Shown here piece after piece: positions 1 to 9,205 of a DNA stretch of 64,000 bases (positions are counted from its first letter, which is position 1; every line of letters starts with the position of its first letter). Made by a program: the position numbers and the translations under genes. Source of the DNA: Candidatus Latescibacterota bacterium (GTDB lineage: Bacteria; Latescibacterota; UBA2968; UBA8231); assembly GCA_965248355.1 (NCBI GenBank), contig OZ252098.1, positions 4,640,001-4,704,000 on the forward strand, written 5' to 3'. The notes beneath the pieces were generated by a model that was given only the letters and a program-made list of their open reading frames with translations, made no database searches and was not told the DNA's origin.

Positions 1-531
1 GCCCGCGCCTCCCTCGCCGCGGGTCTGCCCCACCTGCGGCGGGCCATCGAGCACGGCGCCGGCGACCCCGAGGCCCGCCGGCAGATGTGCCGCTGCAGCC
101 TGCTGGCCGGCCTGCTGCTGAGCCCGATCAACACCGGCGCCGCCCACGCCCTGGGCTACGGCATCGAGAAGCTCTCCCACGAGAAGGGCCGGCCCGTGCC
201 CCACGGCACGGCGGTGGCCCTGGTCCTGCCGGGGGTGATGGAGCACAACGCCCCGGCCGCGGCCGACAAGTACTACTACGCCGCCGGCGCCGCCGGCCTG
301 GACTTGTCGGGGAAGAGCCGCGAGGCAGGGGCGCGCCTGGCCGCCGGCTGGATCGACGACGTGCGCCGCCGCCACACCCCCTTCGCCTCCCTGGCCGACG
401 CCGGCCTCGGCGAGGCCGACCTGCCGCGCATGATCGAGGTGGCCCTGCAGGTGCGCCGCCTCCTCGACCCCAACCCGGTGGAGGTGACGGCGGCGGACGC
501 GGAGCGGATCTACCGGGGCGTGCTCGCCTGA
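1..531 (+). CDS. Iron-containing alcohol dehydrogenase family protein (5'-partial)
   Basis: Frame open from base 1; GAAHALGY...PHGTAVALVLPGVMEHN metal-binding His motifs; C-terminal NPVEVT...ERIY typical of Fe-ADH. Confidence 0.85.
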   Translation, partial: ARASLAAGLPHLRRAIEHGAGDPEARRQMCRCSLLAGLLLSPINTGAAHALGYGIEKLSHEKGRPVPHGTAVALVLPGVMEHNAPAAADKYYYAAGAAGLDLSGKSREAGARLAAGWIDDVRRRHTPFASLADAGLGEADLPRMIEVALQVRRLLDPNPVEVTAADAERIYRGVLA

Positions 532-1163
532 TCCAGCGCCCAGGCGATGCCGTTGCGCACCAGGCGCAGGAAGTCCAGCTCCCAGAAGTCGCGCTGGTGG
601 CCGAGGGAGGTGCAGAAGGCGCGTCCGGCGCGCTCGCAGGTCCAGGCCACCGGCTCGCAATGCTCGTCCTCCCGGCCGATGAGCAGGGTCCTCGTGTCCG
701 CGGCCAGGGGCGTGTTGCGGTAGAGGGAGCCGTAGGCCTCGAAGGGCTCCACCTCCTCCAGGACCGGGTGCCCCTCGGCGCCGTCGGCCACCGTCACCCG
801 GGTGATCCCGCCGGCTCCGAAGTGCCCCTCGTAGTTCCCGCCGAGGACCTGCGCGTCGAACTCGAGCCAGTGCTGGAAGGCGTGGCTGGCCGTGCGCAGG
901 CCGACCACGGGGCGGCCGTCACGGCAGTAGCGCTGGAAGCGCTCCAGCTCGGCGCCGGCGGTGAGCAGCCGCCGCGTGAAGAGCACCACGGCGTCGGCGC
1001 CGTCCAGCGGCTCGAGGGAGAGCTGGTCGTCCTCGCTCCGGAAGATGAGCAGCTCACAGGACCAGGGGGCGTTGGCCAGCAGGTAGTCGCGCAGGATGAC
1101 GAGGGACTCCTCCGAGTCGTACTCGAAGGAGCCGGAGATCAGCAGCAGGCGGGCGCCGCTCAC
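510..1163 (-). CDS. ThuA-like (class I glutamine amidotransferase-like) domain protein
   Basis: GTG start overlaps the upstream TGA (GTGA); motifs VVLFTRR, PVVGLRTASHAF, VLGGNYEGH, PVAW...RAFCTSLGH. Confidence 0.8.
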   Translation of the reverse strand: MSGARLLLISGSFEYDSEESLVILRDYLLANAPWSCELLIFRSEDDQLSLEPLDGADAVVLFTRRLLTAGAELERFQRYCRDGRPVVGLRTASHAFQHWLEFDAQVLGGNYEGHFGAGGITRVTVADGAEGHPVLEEVEPFEAYGSLYRNTPLAADTRTLLIGREDEHCEPVAWTCERAGRAFCTSLGHQRDFWELDFLRLVRNGIAWALDQASTPR

Positions 1164-2110
1164 GGCAGGATCTCGATGGACCGCGGCTCGGTGGGGCGGT
1201 CCCGGCGCCGCGGCCGCTGGGTCAGGGGGATCCGCTCCAGGGCCGTCACCCACTCGCGGCGCCACTGCTCGAAGTCGGTCAGCTCCGACTCCGGCCGGGC
1301 GCGGCTGCGGGCGATGAAGGCCGGGTAGTCGTCCCGGCCGGTGGGGGTGCCGGCCCGCTGGTAGCGCAGGTCGAGGCTCCAGCGGATCCCGTCGGTGCGG
1401 TTCTCGGTGGAGCGGTGCGGGATCAGCTTGTCCATGAGCAGCACGTCGCCGGCGCGCATGGGCAGGGTGACAGCCTCGCCCGCGGGCAGGTTCTCGTCGC
1501 TGACGCCGAAGCCCCCGCCCCAGTAGACGAGGCGCTGCCGGTGCACCCCGGGGATCACCTGCAGGCAGCCGTTGGCCGGTGTCGCGTCGACCAGGGGGAC
1601 CCACACGGTGACGATGGCGTGCGGGTCGGCGGCCTCCAGGTGCACCTGGGCGTCCTGGTGCCAGGGCGCCACGTTCTCGCCCACCATGGCATCCCGCTTC
1701 TGCCGGCCGTCCTCGTCATCGGCGGCCCGGCGCAGCGAGTCGGGGAGCTTGGCCCGGGCGTGCTGGATGGGGCTGCAGGTGATCTCGGGGCCGACGATCC
1801 CCTCGACCAGATCGAGCAAGCGCTCGTTGCGCAGGAACTTGAAGACGCCCCGCAGCCGGCAGTACATCAGGTCGATGCGGTCGTAGATGCTGGTCTCCTG
1901 CTCGCAGATCCGGGCCAGGCGGCGGTGGAAGGGCTCCTCCTCCCAGAGCCGCGTCAGGGCGCCGGCCGCGTGCAGGCGGCGCGCCTCGGCGTCGATGAAG
2001 CGCTCGTAGTCCGCGATCACCGGGGCCAGGTCGCCGGCGGTCAGCCCACCTTCGACCACGACGTACCCCTGCTCGTCATAGTGCTGCCGCTGTCGGCTCG
2101 TGAGGCTCAT
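1160..2110 (-). CDS. Phytanoyl-CoA dioxygenase (PhyH) family Fe(II)/2OG oxygenase
   Basis: YDEQGYVVV start, WHQD (HxD), NGCLQVIPG, distal PHRSTEN. Confidence 0.9.
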   Translation of the reverse strand: MSLTSRQRQHYDEQGYVVVEGGLTAGDLAPVIADYERFIDAEARRLHAAGALTRLWEEEPFHRRLARICEQETSIYDRIDLMYCRLRGVFKFLRNERLLDLVEGIVGPEITCSPIQHARAKLPDSLRRAADDEDGRQKRDAMVGENVAPWHQDAQVHLEAADPHAIVTVWVPLVDATPANGCLQVIPGVHRQRLVYWGGGFGVSDENLPAGEAVTLPMRAGDVLLMDKLIPHRSTENRTDGIRWSLDLRYQRAGTPTGRDDYPAFIARSRARPESELTDFEQWRREWVTALERIPLTQRPRRRDRPTEPRSIEILP

Positions 2111-2283
2111 GGCTATTCTTCGCTCCGCGCGTCCGTCGTCCTCACGATACCCCGCCTCGCCCCGGCCGGCAAAGGCCCCCCCTTGCAGCGTGATACCCAC
2201 CAGAGTCCGCCGCCCCGTGGCGGATCACGCCATACCTCGGGCGGTCCTTGCCCCGGCCCCGGGCCGTTGACTACCCTCGCGCC

Positions 2284-3039
2284 ATGACCTCACCGGACAC
2301 CACGGAGGCCGTCGAGCACCTCGACACCTACGGCTACTGCCTGCTCCCTGGCCTCGTGCCCGCCGAGCTGGCCCGCGGCCTGGCGGAGCGCTGCCTGGAG
2401 CTGCACGCCGAGGAGCGCTGCCGGCCGTTCGTCGTCGGCGACGAGCACTACCAGACCCTCTTCGGGATGCTCAACCTCGACGACCGCACCTGGCCGCTGG
2501 CCTTCCATCCGGCGGCCGTGGCCGTGGCCCGCCACTTCCTGGGCCCGCGCTGCCGCGTGGTGGAGGCCTGCTCCAAGCCGACCTGGCCGGGCGCGCCGCA
2601 CCAGCCCCTGCACGTCGACTCGGCCGGGCACTTCAACGAGCTGCCGGGCGTGCCCTGGATGATCAACTCCATCTGGATGCTCACCGACTTCACCCACGAC
2701 AACGGCGCCACCGGGGTCGTGCCCATGAGCCACCGCTCCGGCCTGCGGTCGCCGCCGCCCGATCTCGACCTGGACGGCCCCCTCGTGCGCACGGTCACCG
2801 GCACGGCCGGCAGCCTGCTCATGTGGCACGGCGGCGCCTTCCACATGGCCCGGGCCAACACCGGCTCCAGCGCGCGCGTCGGTCTCAACGTGGCCTACTA
2901 CCCGAGGTGGTTCAACAACTGGATCGAGAACAACCACCAGCCCGTCTGGCCGGAGACGTTCGCGCGCATGCCGGCCGAGATGCGGGCCCTGTGCACGGGC
3001 CGGCAGGGCCGCAGCCGGGACGAGGCGTACGAGGGCTGA
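2284..3039 (+). CDS. PhyH family Fe(II)/2OG oxygenase
   Basis: LHVD (HxD), NSIWMLTDFTHDNGAT.VVPMSH, distal FHMARAN. Confidence 0.9.
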   Translation: MTSPDTTEAVEHLDTYGYCLLPGLVPAELARGLAERCLELHAEERCRPFVVGDEHYQTLFGMLNLDDRTWPLAFHPAAVAVARHFLGPRCRVVEACSKPTWPGAPHQPLHVDSAGHFNELPGVPWMINSIWMLTDFTHDNGATGVVPMSHRSGLRSPPPDLDLDGPLVRTVTGTAGSLLMWHGGAFHMARANTGSSARVGLNVAYYPRWFNNWIENNHQPVWPETFARMPAEMRALCTGRQGRSRDEAYEG

Positions 3040-3597
3040 GGAGGGACCCGCACCGGCTGATTCACCGTGGCCCTGGCGGAGATCCTGCGGTCGGTGGCCG
3101 GGTCCGAAACCGCGGTCCACGCCGTCGAGCCCGGCGCCCGACCCTGCCACTGCCAATCCGTGGCCGACAGACTCCCGTCCGGGTCCATCAGCGTCGCCGT
3201 CCGGGCCTCGTCGACCCGCGGCGGCGTCGGCGAAAGATCCACGCGGCCCTCTTCCTCGATGTTGGTCACCGTCACCGCGTAGTCGGTGACGGCCTGCTGA
3301 CTGTCCACGGCCCGCACCGTCACTTGGTAGGTATTGCCCTGGGAACCGGCCGGCGCCTCGAAGTCGGGTCCGGGTTGCGAGGGGTCGAAGCCGAGCATGC
3401 CCACGCTGGAGATGCTGAACCGCTCCGCATCGGCGCGCGAATGGGGATCTCCTCGTCATATACATCTGTGGTTCTTCCGTCAGGATCAGGATTGGCGAAA
3501 ACATCTCGGCCAATTCCCTTTTGTCCTCATCACTGATCCCAGCCGTTTCCTCAGATATCAGCATGGCAAGGAGAAGCGCGACAATGATAGTTCGCAT
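3040..3597 (-). pseudogene. Collapsed remnant of a large secreted protein (signal peptide plus cadherin-like repeat)
   Basis: N-terminus MRTIIVALLLAML...ELAEMFSPILILTEE joined out of frame to ADAERFSISS...PDFEAP...NTYQVTVRAVD...AVTVTNIEEEGRV; truncated at the convergent PhyH gene. Confidence 0.65.
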
Positions 3598-3624
3598 GGA
3601 TTGATAATATCCTTTTCTTGACAT

Positions 3625-4256
3625 TCAAAAGCGTAACGTAGCGATGGAGATAAACCCTCGTTTGTGTTGCAGGAGCAGACCGACCAAGATTTGACGGTTT
3701 TCAGGAGAATCGAGCACAGGCGAGTGTGGATTACGCCATAGTTCTGACGCAATCGTTGAACCAATAATAGGACCCAAGAACGCACTCAAGAGTAATAACG
3801 GCCCAGCAAATTCCTCGTCTCGGAAAGTAGATCCTAAAGCAAAAGGCACTCCTACCCCCCCCCCCCCCCCCCCCCCCCCCCCACACTGCCCGCGAGTGTA
3901 ATGCGGAGATTATCATGGGGATCAACTGCGCTCACCCCAACCGCGGTTCCAACCACGTTACCACCCCAAAACCCCATAAGGGCAGGAATCTCCCAACCAA
4001 AACTGCCGTCGTCGATTCCCACCATGATGGCCGCTCCTGCGAGACCGCCAGCCACGCCCCCTAGCGCGCCGGCTAGGCATTTTTTGTCAATGCGGTCATC
4101 GTAGCCTTTTTCTCTCTTCCTTTCTTCTTGCTTCGGCGGGCTGTTCTGTCCAGCAGTGCCCCCCTCGCCGCTTCTCTTGGCCGCCGCCTCCTGCGCCGGC
4201 CACAGCAGCGCCAAGCCGATGCTTGGGATGACAACGAGTCGTCGCAGTGGTCGCAT
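3625..4256 (-). pseudogene. Secreted/membrane glycine-zipper-like protein split by a homopolymer frameshift
   Basis: Signal peptide and GxxxG-rich hydrophobic segments; G28 tract gives TAG, while the frame GVPFALG...IATLRF continues the protein to 3625. Confidence 0.6.
3855..3882. repeat. 28-nt C homopolymer (G28 on the coding strand)
   Basis: Counted directly. Confidence 0.95.
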
Positions 4257-4270
4257 GCGGATCGCCTCTT

Positions 4271-5169
4271 TCAGATGGTGCGGTTGGGGCCGGAGCGGTG
4301 CTGGATCAGGCCGTGGTGGAAGGAGCAGCCGCCGGCCCGCAGGGTCACGGGCCGCTCCCGCTCCCGGTCGATGGCGGCGTCGGGGATCTTGTCCTTGCGC
4401 TCGCCCACCATCCACGCCTCGCTGTGGTCGACGGCGCCGAGCTTATGCGCGGCCCGTTTCGGAACGTACAGGTATTCTACGTCATTGGTCAGATTCTGAA
4501 CCTGGTAGAACAGAGGATCGGCCGGATAGCCGGGCAAACGAGCCCACAGCGACGACCAGCGTGTCCAGGTGCTGCCTTCGTCGTTGCTGCGCCGGTAGGA
4601 ATAGTACCTGACCGGAGGCCCGCTCACCGGCGCCGGCGTCCAGCTCAGAGACACGTACTCATCCCGCCCCGTCGCCGCCAGGGTGAACGGGCCGGCCGGG
4701 GTCGCCTGGGCCGGGGCCGGATCGCCGGCCGCCGCCGGGTTCACCGCCCACAACTCGAAGGTATACGGCGTGCCGTTGTCCAGTCCGACAGAGGGGAAAC
4801 ATCCACCACGGAGTTGCCCGAAAGGCGAAGCCAGGCAAGGCGGGTCAGCGCAGAGAGCGGCGTCACATCCGAGATGTCGTTGCTGTTGTCCCAAGGTTCC
4901 TGGGTAGCCTCCGACCCCAGGTCCAAACGGGTCAGACCGGTCGCATACTCCAAACCGGACAAATCGTCAATGCCCGCGTCGGGGGCCTCCAGGACGGTCA
5001 GCGTCGCCAACTCGGACGCAGTGATCGGATCGCCTGACGCCAGGCCGAGGCTGTCCTCCAGCACCGCCCGCAGGGCAGCGTCCGGCACCGTCACCGTCTG
5101 CGCCCAACTGGGCGGTAGGTCCATCAAGGTCAGTCCAACCATGAGTAGCAAGATTCTGCAACTGCGCAC
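4271..5169 (-). pseudogene. Chimeric remnant: signal peptide + internalin-type LRR + fibronectin type III + PhyH C-terminal fragment
   Basis: VPDAALRAVLEDSLG...LSGLEYATGLTRLDL...NDISDVTPLSALT (LRR); frameshift near 4787 into GLDNGTPYTFELWAVN (Fn3); then VTLRAGGCSFHHGLIQHRSGPNRT (PhyH). Confidence 0.75.
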
Positions 5170-5294
5170 GGTTTTTCTTCTCCTCTATCTGCTTGGCGAT
5201 AGTGTGGGTTGAAGCAGGGAAAAACCGCCCTGCTTGCAGAATGACAAACGCTGAGGAAGGCCCGGTCCCATATCTCAAGTAGTGGGAGCGATGC

Positions 5295-6194
5295 TCATTG
5301 TGCAAAGCTGGCCTTGATCTGTCCCCAGCTCGTGCTCCGGACAGGCGTCCGAGCGTCACCCAGCGGCAACAGCATCCAGTCCATGAGGGCGGAGCTGTCA
5401 TACACCCGGGGGTCCATGTAGCTCTCGTAGGGCGGTAGGGGAGGGGGCCAGGTCTCGAGGCCAGGCCCCCCCCCGTGCGCCATACGGTGCCACCATCAGC
5501 GACGGGTGCACCAGCACGTTGAAGTACCGACTCCACCACTCGGCGGTCAGGGTGGCCTCGGTGCCGTGCTCGCCAACAAGAGTGTAGCCGTCGGGGCAGC
5601 AGGAGTAGGGCTCCTTGTCATGCCAGCTGGCGTTGCTCGTCCACATCCAGTGCCAGCGGGTGCCCCCGCTAACGGGCGGGAAGCCGAACCAGGACTCTTG
5701 GCCGTGGCGGCCGATCAGTCGCCTTCTTTGCTCGCGATCGTGAGAGTCGTGAGGTTCGCCGGGGGGGGGGGGGGGGAGTGATGCCACCACTGTGGTCTGC
5801 GTCGACGTGGACCTCGAAGCTGTCGTCCCCGCCGCAGAGGCCGGGGGACACATAGAACTGGTCACGGTCGAACAGATCGTCGTAGCGATGCTGGGCGAAG
5901 TAGAGACGGTCGGTCTCGTCGTTCCAGGCGACGGTGAAGCGCACCGTGAGGTCCGCCGGGTCGGCCTCGGTGCCGGGTCGGCCGGCTTCCTCCCCCTCCG
6001 GCGCCCAGGGTACTCAGATCCAGCCACAGGCTGTCCGGCACCACCTCCCACTCGGACAGATCCCCGTCGAGGGTCGGCAGCATGTCCGCCGGCCACTGCC
6101 AGATACCGCGGACCGTGCCCTGGAGCACGTGGGCCTGCGTTGGGCCGAGGCCCAGAAGAATCACGGCCAAGGTGAGCTGTTCTCTGATGGTCAT
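5295..6194 (-). pseudogene. Secreted protein (possibly CBM9/DOMON-like) with C-terminal TSWGQIKASF motif, multiply frameshifted
   Basis: Signal peptide; PTLDGDLSEW; VAWNDETDRLYF; DDSFEVHVDADHSGG; frame changes near 6005, 5761-5776 and 5466-5474. Confidence 0.65.
5761..5776. repeat. 16-nt G homopolymer
   Basis: Counted directly. Confidence 0.95.
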
Positions 6195-6242
6195 GTCCCC
6201 CTCTTTGAGACAGGCTCTCCCAGGGCTGGGGAGTCCTGTGCA

Positions 6243-6434
6243 TGGAACGACGCTGTCAGTGGCGTCAGCTTCACGATGGAGTTGTCGGCCAGATCCGGCC
6301 AAGCCAGGCGGTCAGCCCCGAGCGCGGCGACAGGTCGGAGATGTCGTTCGGGCCCTCTCCCAGGACCAAGTGGGTCAGTCCGGTGCGTCGTCCTGCGCCC
6401 AGCCGGCCGGCAGGGAAATCCCGATACCGCGCAT
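6243..6434 (-). pseudogene. Highly eroded paralog of the internalin-type LRR gene
   Basis: GAGGAG RBS, then MRGIGISLPAGWAQ, then TGLTHLVLGEGPNDISDLSPRSGLT and LAWPDLADNSIVKLTPL in shifting frames; parallels 4800-5169. Confidence 0.55.
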
Positions 6435-6957
6435 GGTCTTCGGCTCCTCAATCTGTCAAGGTCCGGCCTACCGCAGACGGTGCTCTATCGCGCCCCAGGA
6501 CGCCCCTCCGAGAGGCGGAGGGAACGGGGGGAGCGTCCCCAGGTCAAAGGCCTCCGGCGGTGTTCTCCCGGGCCGATTCGCGTCTGCGTACTGCAAACTC
6601 CGTGCCGCTTTCCGAATCAGAAGGGCAACTTATTGTAAACAGAGGCTGTAAACGGAGGTCTAACAAGGACTTGGACGAAGTAGCCAGGAGTGTGTGTAGC
6701 AATTTGCGACTGAAGACGCAATTTGCAACCCATTGGCAGCGTCCTCATCGTCTTCGGGAGCCCTTGCGAGGCGTATGAAACCTGCGGCGGGGGCCAACGT
6801 CGCTCTATGGTCGCCCGTAGCGTGGCGCACGCCCCGACGTGCTCCTTGACGAGCAGGGCGCGAGGTTCTGGAGATGCTGGTCCGCTTCTGCACGACGGAA
6901 GCGACGCCGTGAGACCGGTTCTTTCCTACCCTTCGGGTGTTCCTGGAAGGAGATCCC

Positions 6958-7617
6958 ATGCGCCTGACACCGCAGCAGCTCAACTTCATGGAGACCTTCG
7001 GGTTCCTGCACTTCCCCGGCCGCATCGAGGACCGCATCGAGGCCGTCATCGAGGCCTTCGAGGGGGTCTGGGCATCCCAGGGCGGCGGCCACGACGGCCG
7101 GCCCCACGACGGCACGGGGCGCTCCTGCATCGTGCCCTTCGCCGGGCAGAGCGAGTACCTCTCCAGCCTGCTCGACGACCCGCGCATCGACGGCATCCTG
7201 GGCAGCCTGCTGGGCGACGACTACGTCTACCTCGGCAGCGACGGCAACTATTACGTGGGCGACACCGCCTGGCATTCCGACGGCGGCTGGCCGCGCCCCA
7301 TCATCTACTACAAGATCGCCTTCTACCTCGACCGGCTGACGCGCGGCAGCGGCGCCATCCGCGTGATCCCGGGCAGCCACCGCTACGGCGAGGGCTACTG
7401 CACTCGGCGCCACACCGAGGAAGAGCTGCCCATCATGCGGCAGGAGGTGGCCAACTTCGCCCGCTTCCTCACCGACTCCGTGTACGGGCGGGCCATGGTC
7501 GCCACGGCCCCGCCGGCGCGCATGCGCCACCTGGAGCAGCCCCTGGCCAACCAGGACCACCTGCCGGCGCTGTCGGCGCAGGCGCGCCGGGAGCGGGGCG
7601 TACCTTCCCCCGGCTGA
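6958..7617 (+). pseudogene. PhyH family oxygenase with internal in-frame deletion
   Basis: WHSD and IRVIPGSH present, but the segment carrying the distal His is absent (GEGY joined to CTRRH near 7398). Confidence 0.7.
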
Positions 7618-8365
7618 TGATTGTCGACGCCCACAGCCACGTCTTCCCCGAGCCCCGGGGGCAGGTGCGGGAGGGGCCGACGCGGGACGGCGGATACGGG
7701 CGCATGCGGGTCGGCGGACGTCTGATGCAGCTCATGCCGCCCCTGAACCGGCGCACCGAGTTCACCACGGAGATGCTGCTGGCGAATCTGGACTGGGCGG
7801 GGGTGGACGCGGCCGTGCTGCTCCAGGGGACCTACTACGGCGAGTGCGATGGCTACGTGGCCGAGGCGGTGGCCGCGAATCCGGGGCGGCTCGTCGGCGC
7901 CCTGTGGTGCGACCCCTGGCGGCCGGGTTTCCGCCGCTACTCGGCGCCGGCAAGATCGAGTTCTCCGAGGGCACGGGGCTGATGGGAGTGCACCCCGGGG
8001 CGCGCCTGGACGACGAGGAGGTGCGGTGGCTGTGGCCGGCGCTGGAGGCGAGCGGCATGGTGCTCACCCTGGATCTCGGCCCCCCGGCCCAGGGGGCCTA
8101 CCAGACCGCGGCGGTGCGGGCCATCGCCGAGGCCCACGAGGGGCTGCGCGTCGTCATCACCCACCTGGCCCACCCGCGGATCGACGACGAGGACGACCCG
8201 GAGTTGCGCCGGCGCCGGGATGAGCAGCTGGCCCTCGGGGAGCGGCCCAACGTCTGGTTCGACTTCGCCTCCTTTCCGGCCCTGCTGGGCGGGGACCAGG
8301 CCCTGGTCCTGGGGGAGACGGCGCGGCAGGTCTACTTTGGAGAACGGAAGGGAGACGAGGGATGA
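7617..8365 (+). pseudogene. Amidohydrolase_2 family, frameshifted and internally deleted
   Basis: MIVDAHSH, VDAAVLLQG, LRVVITHLAHP, PNVWFDFAS, VLGETARQVY; frame change near 7945; catalytic WGxD region missing near 8290. Confidence 0.75.
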
Positions 8366-9201
8366 CGGGACTTCTGCCGGATACCAACGCCGACGGCCTG
8401 CCCGTGGTGCCCATGACCGACGAGCAGCGCTACTTCTTCGACCTGAAGGGGTGGCTGCTGCTGCCCTCGCTGCTGGCGGAGGAACAGCTCGGGCCGATCC
8501 AGGAGCACCAGATGCGGTTCCTCCGGGACCGGGAGTCGCTGCCGCCCGAGGAGCGGGACAACCACGGGGGGCCGTCGCAGGTGCTGCTGGATCACCCGGC
8601 CGTGGTGGGCGTGCTCAACGAGATCCTCTCGCACCAGGCCCTGGCCACGCCCAACTGCTACGGCTTCCGCTACGACCACACCTACACCAGCTTCCGCGAG
8701 ACGGGGCACGACAACTTCTCGCCCCACGGCGGCGGCGGATACTTCAACTTCGAGGGCAACTCCCACATCTACCAGATGCTGCCCGGCAAGGTGCACGCGG
8801 GACTCACGCGGGTCGTGTGGGAGCTGAACGAGGTCGTCCACGGCGGGGGCGGGACGCTGCTGCTGTCGGGCAGCCACAAGACGGCCTTCCCGCGCCCCGA
8901 GGGGCTGAGCGGCCGGGACAGCCCCGTGTGGGAGACCTACGGCTGCCCCGCCGGGTCGGCCCTGGTCTTCACCGAGGCCCTGTGCCACTCGGGGACCAAG
9001 TGGACGGGCGCCAACCCCCGGCTGAGCCTGTTCACCTGCTACAACACGGTGAACGCCAAGTGGGGGAAGGGGCGTCCGGCGCCCGAGGTGGTCGCCGCCA
9101 TGCCGCCGAAGCGGCAGACCCTGCTCCGCGGCGTCTGGCACGGCATGAGCGAGGTGCCCGGGATCAACCAGTACCGCGACGAAGCGAACACGGCGGTCTA
9201 G
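8362..9201 (+). CDS. PhyH-like Fe(II)/2OG enzyme with HxG instead of HxD
   Basis: EQRYFFDLKGWLLL start, SPHGGG, VVWELNEV...GSHK, FTEALCHSG. Confidence 0.8.
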   Translation: MTGLLPDTNADGLPVVPMTDEQRYFFDLKGWLLLPSLLAEEQLGPIQEHQMRFLRDRESLPPEERDNHGGPSQVLLDHPAVVGVLNEILSHQALATPNCYGFRYDHTYTSFRETGHDNFSPHGGGGYFNFEGNSHIYQMLPGKVHAGLTRVVWELNEVVHGGGGTLLLSGSHKTAFPRPEGLSGRDSPVWETYGCPAGSALVFTEALCHSGTKWTGANPRLSLFTCYNTVNAKWGKGRPAPEVVAAMPPKRQTLLRGVWHGMSEVPGINQYRDEANTAV

Positions 9202-9205
9202 GCCG

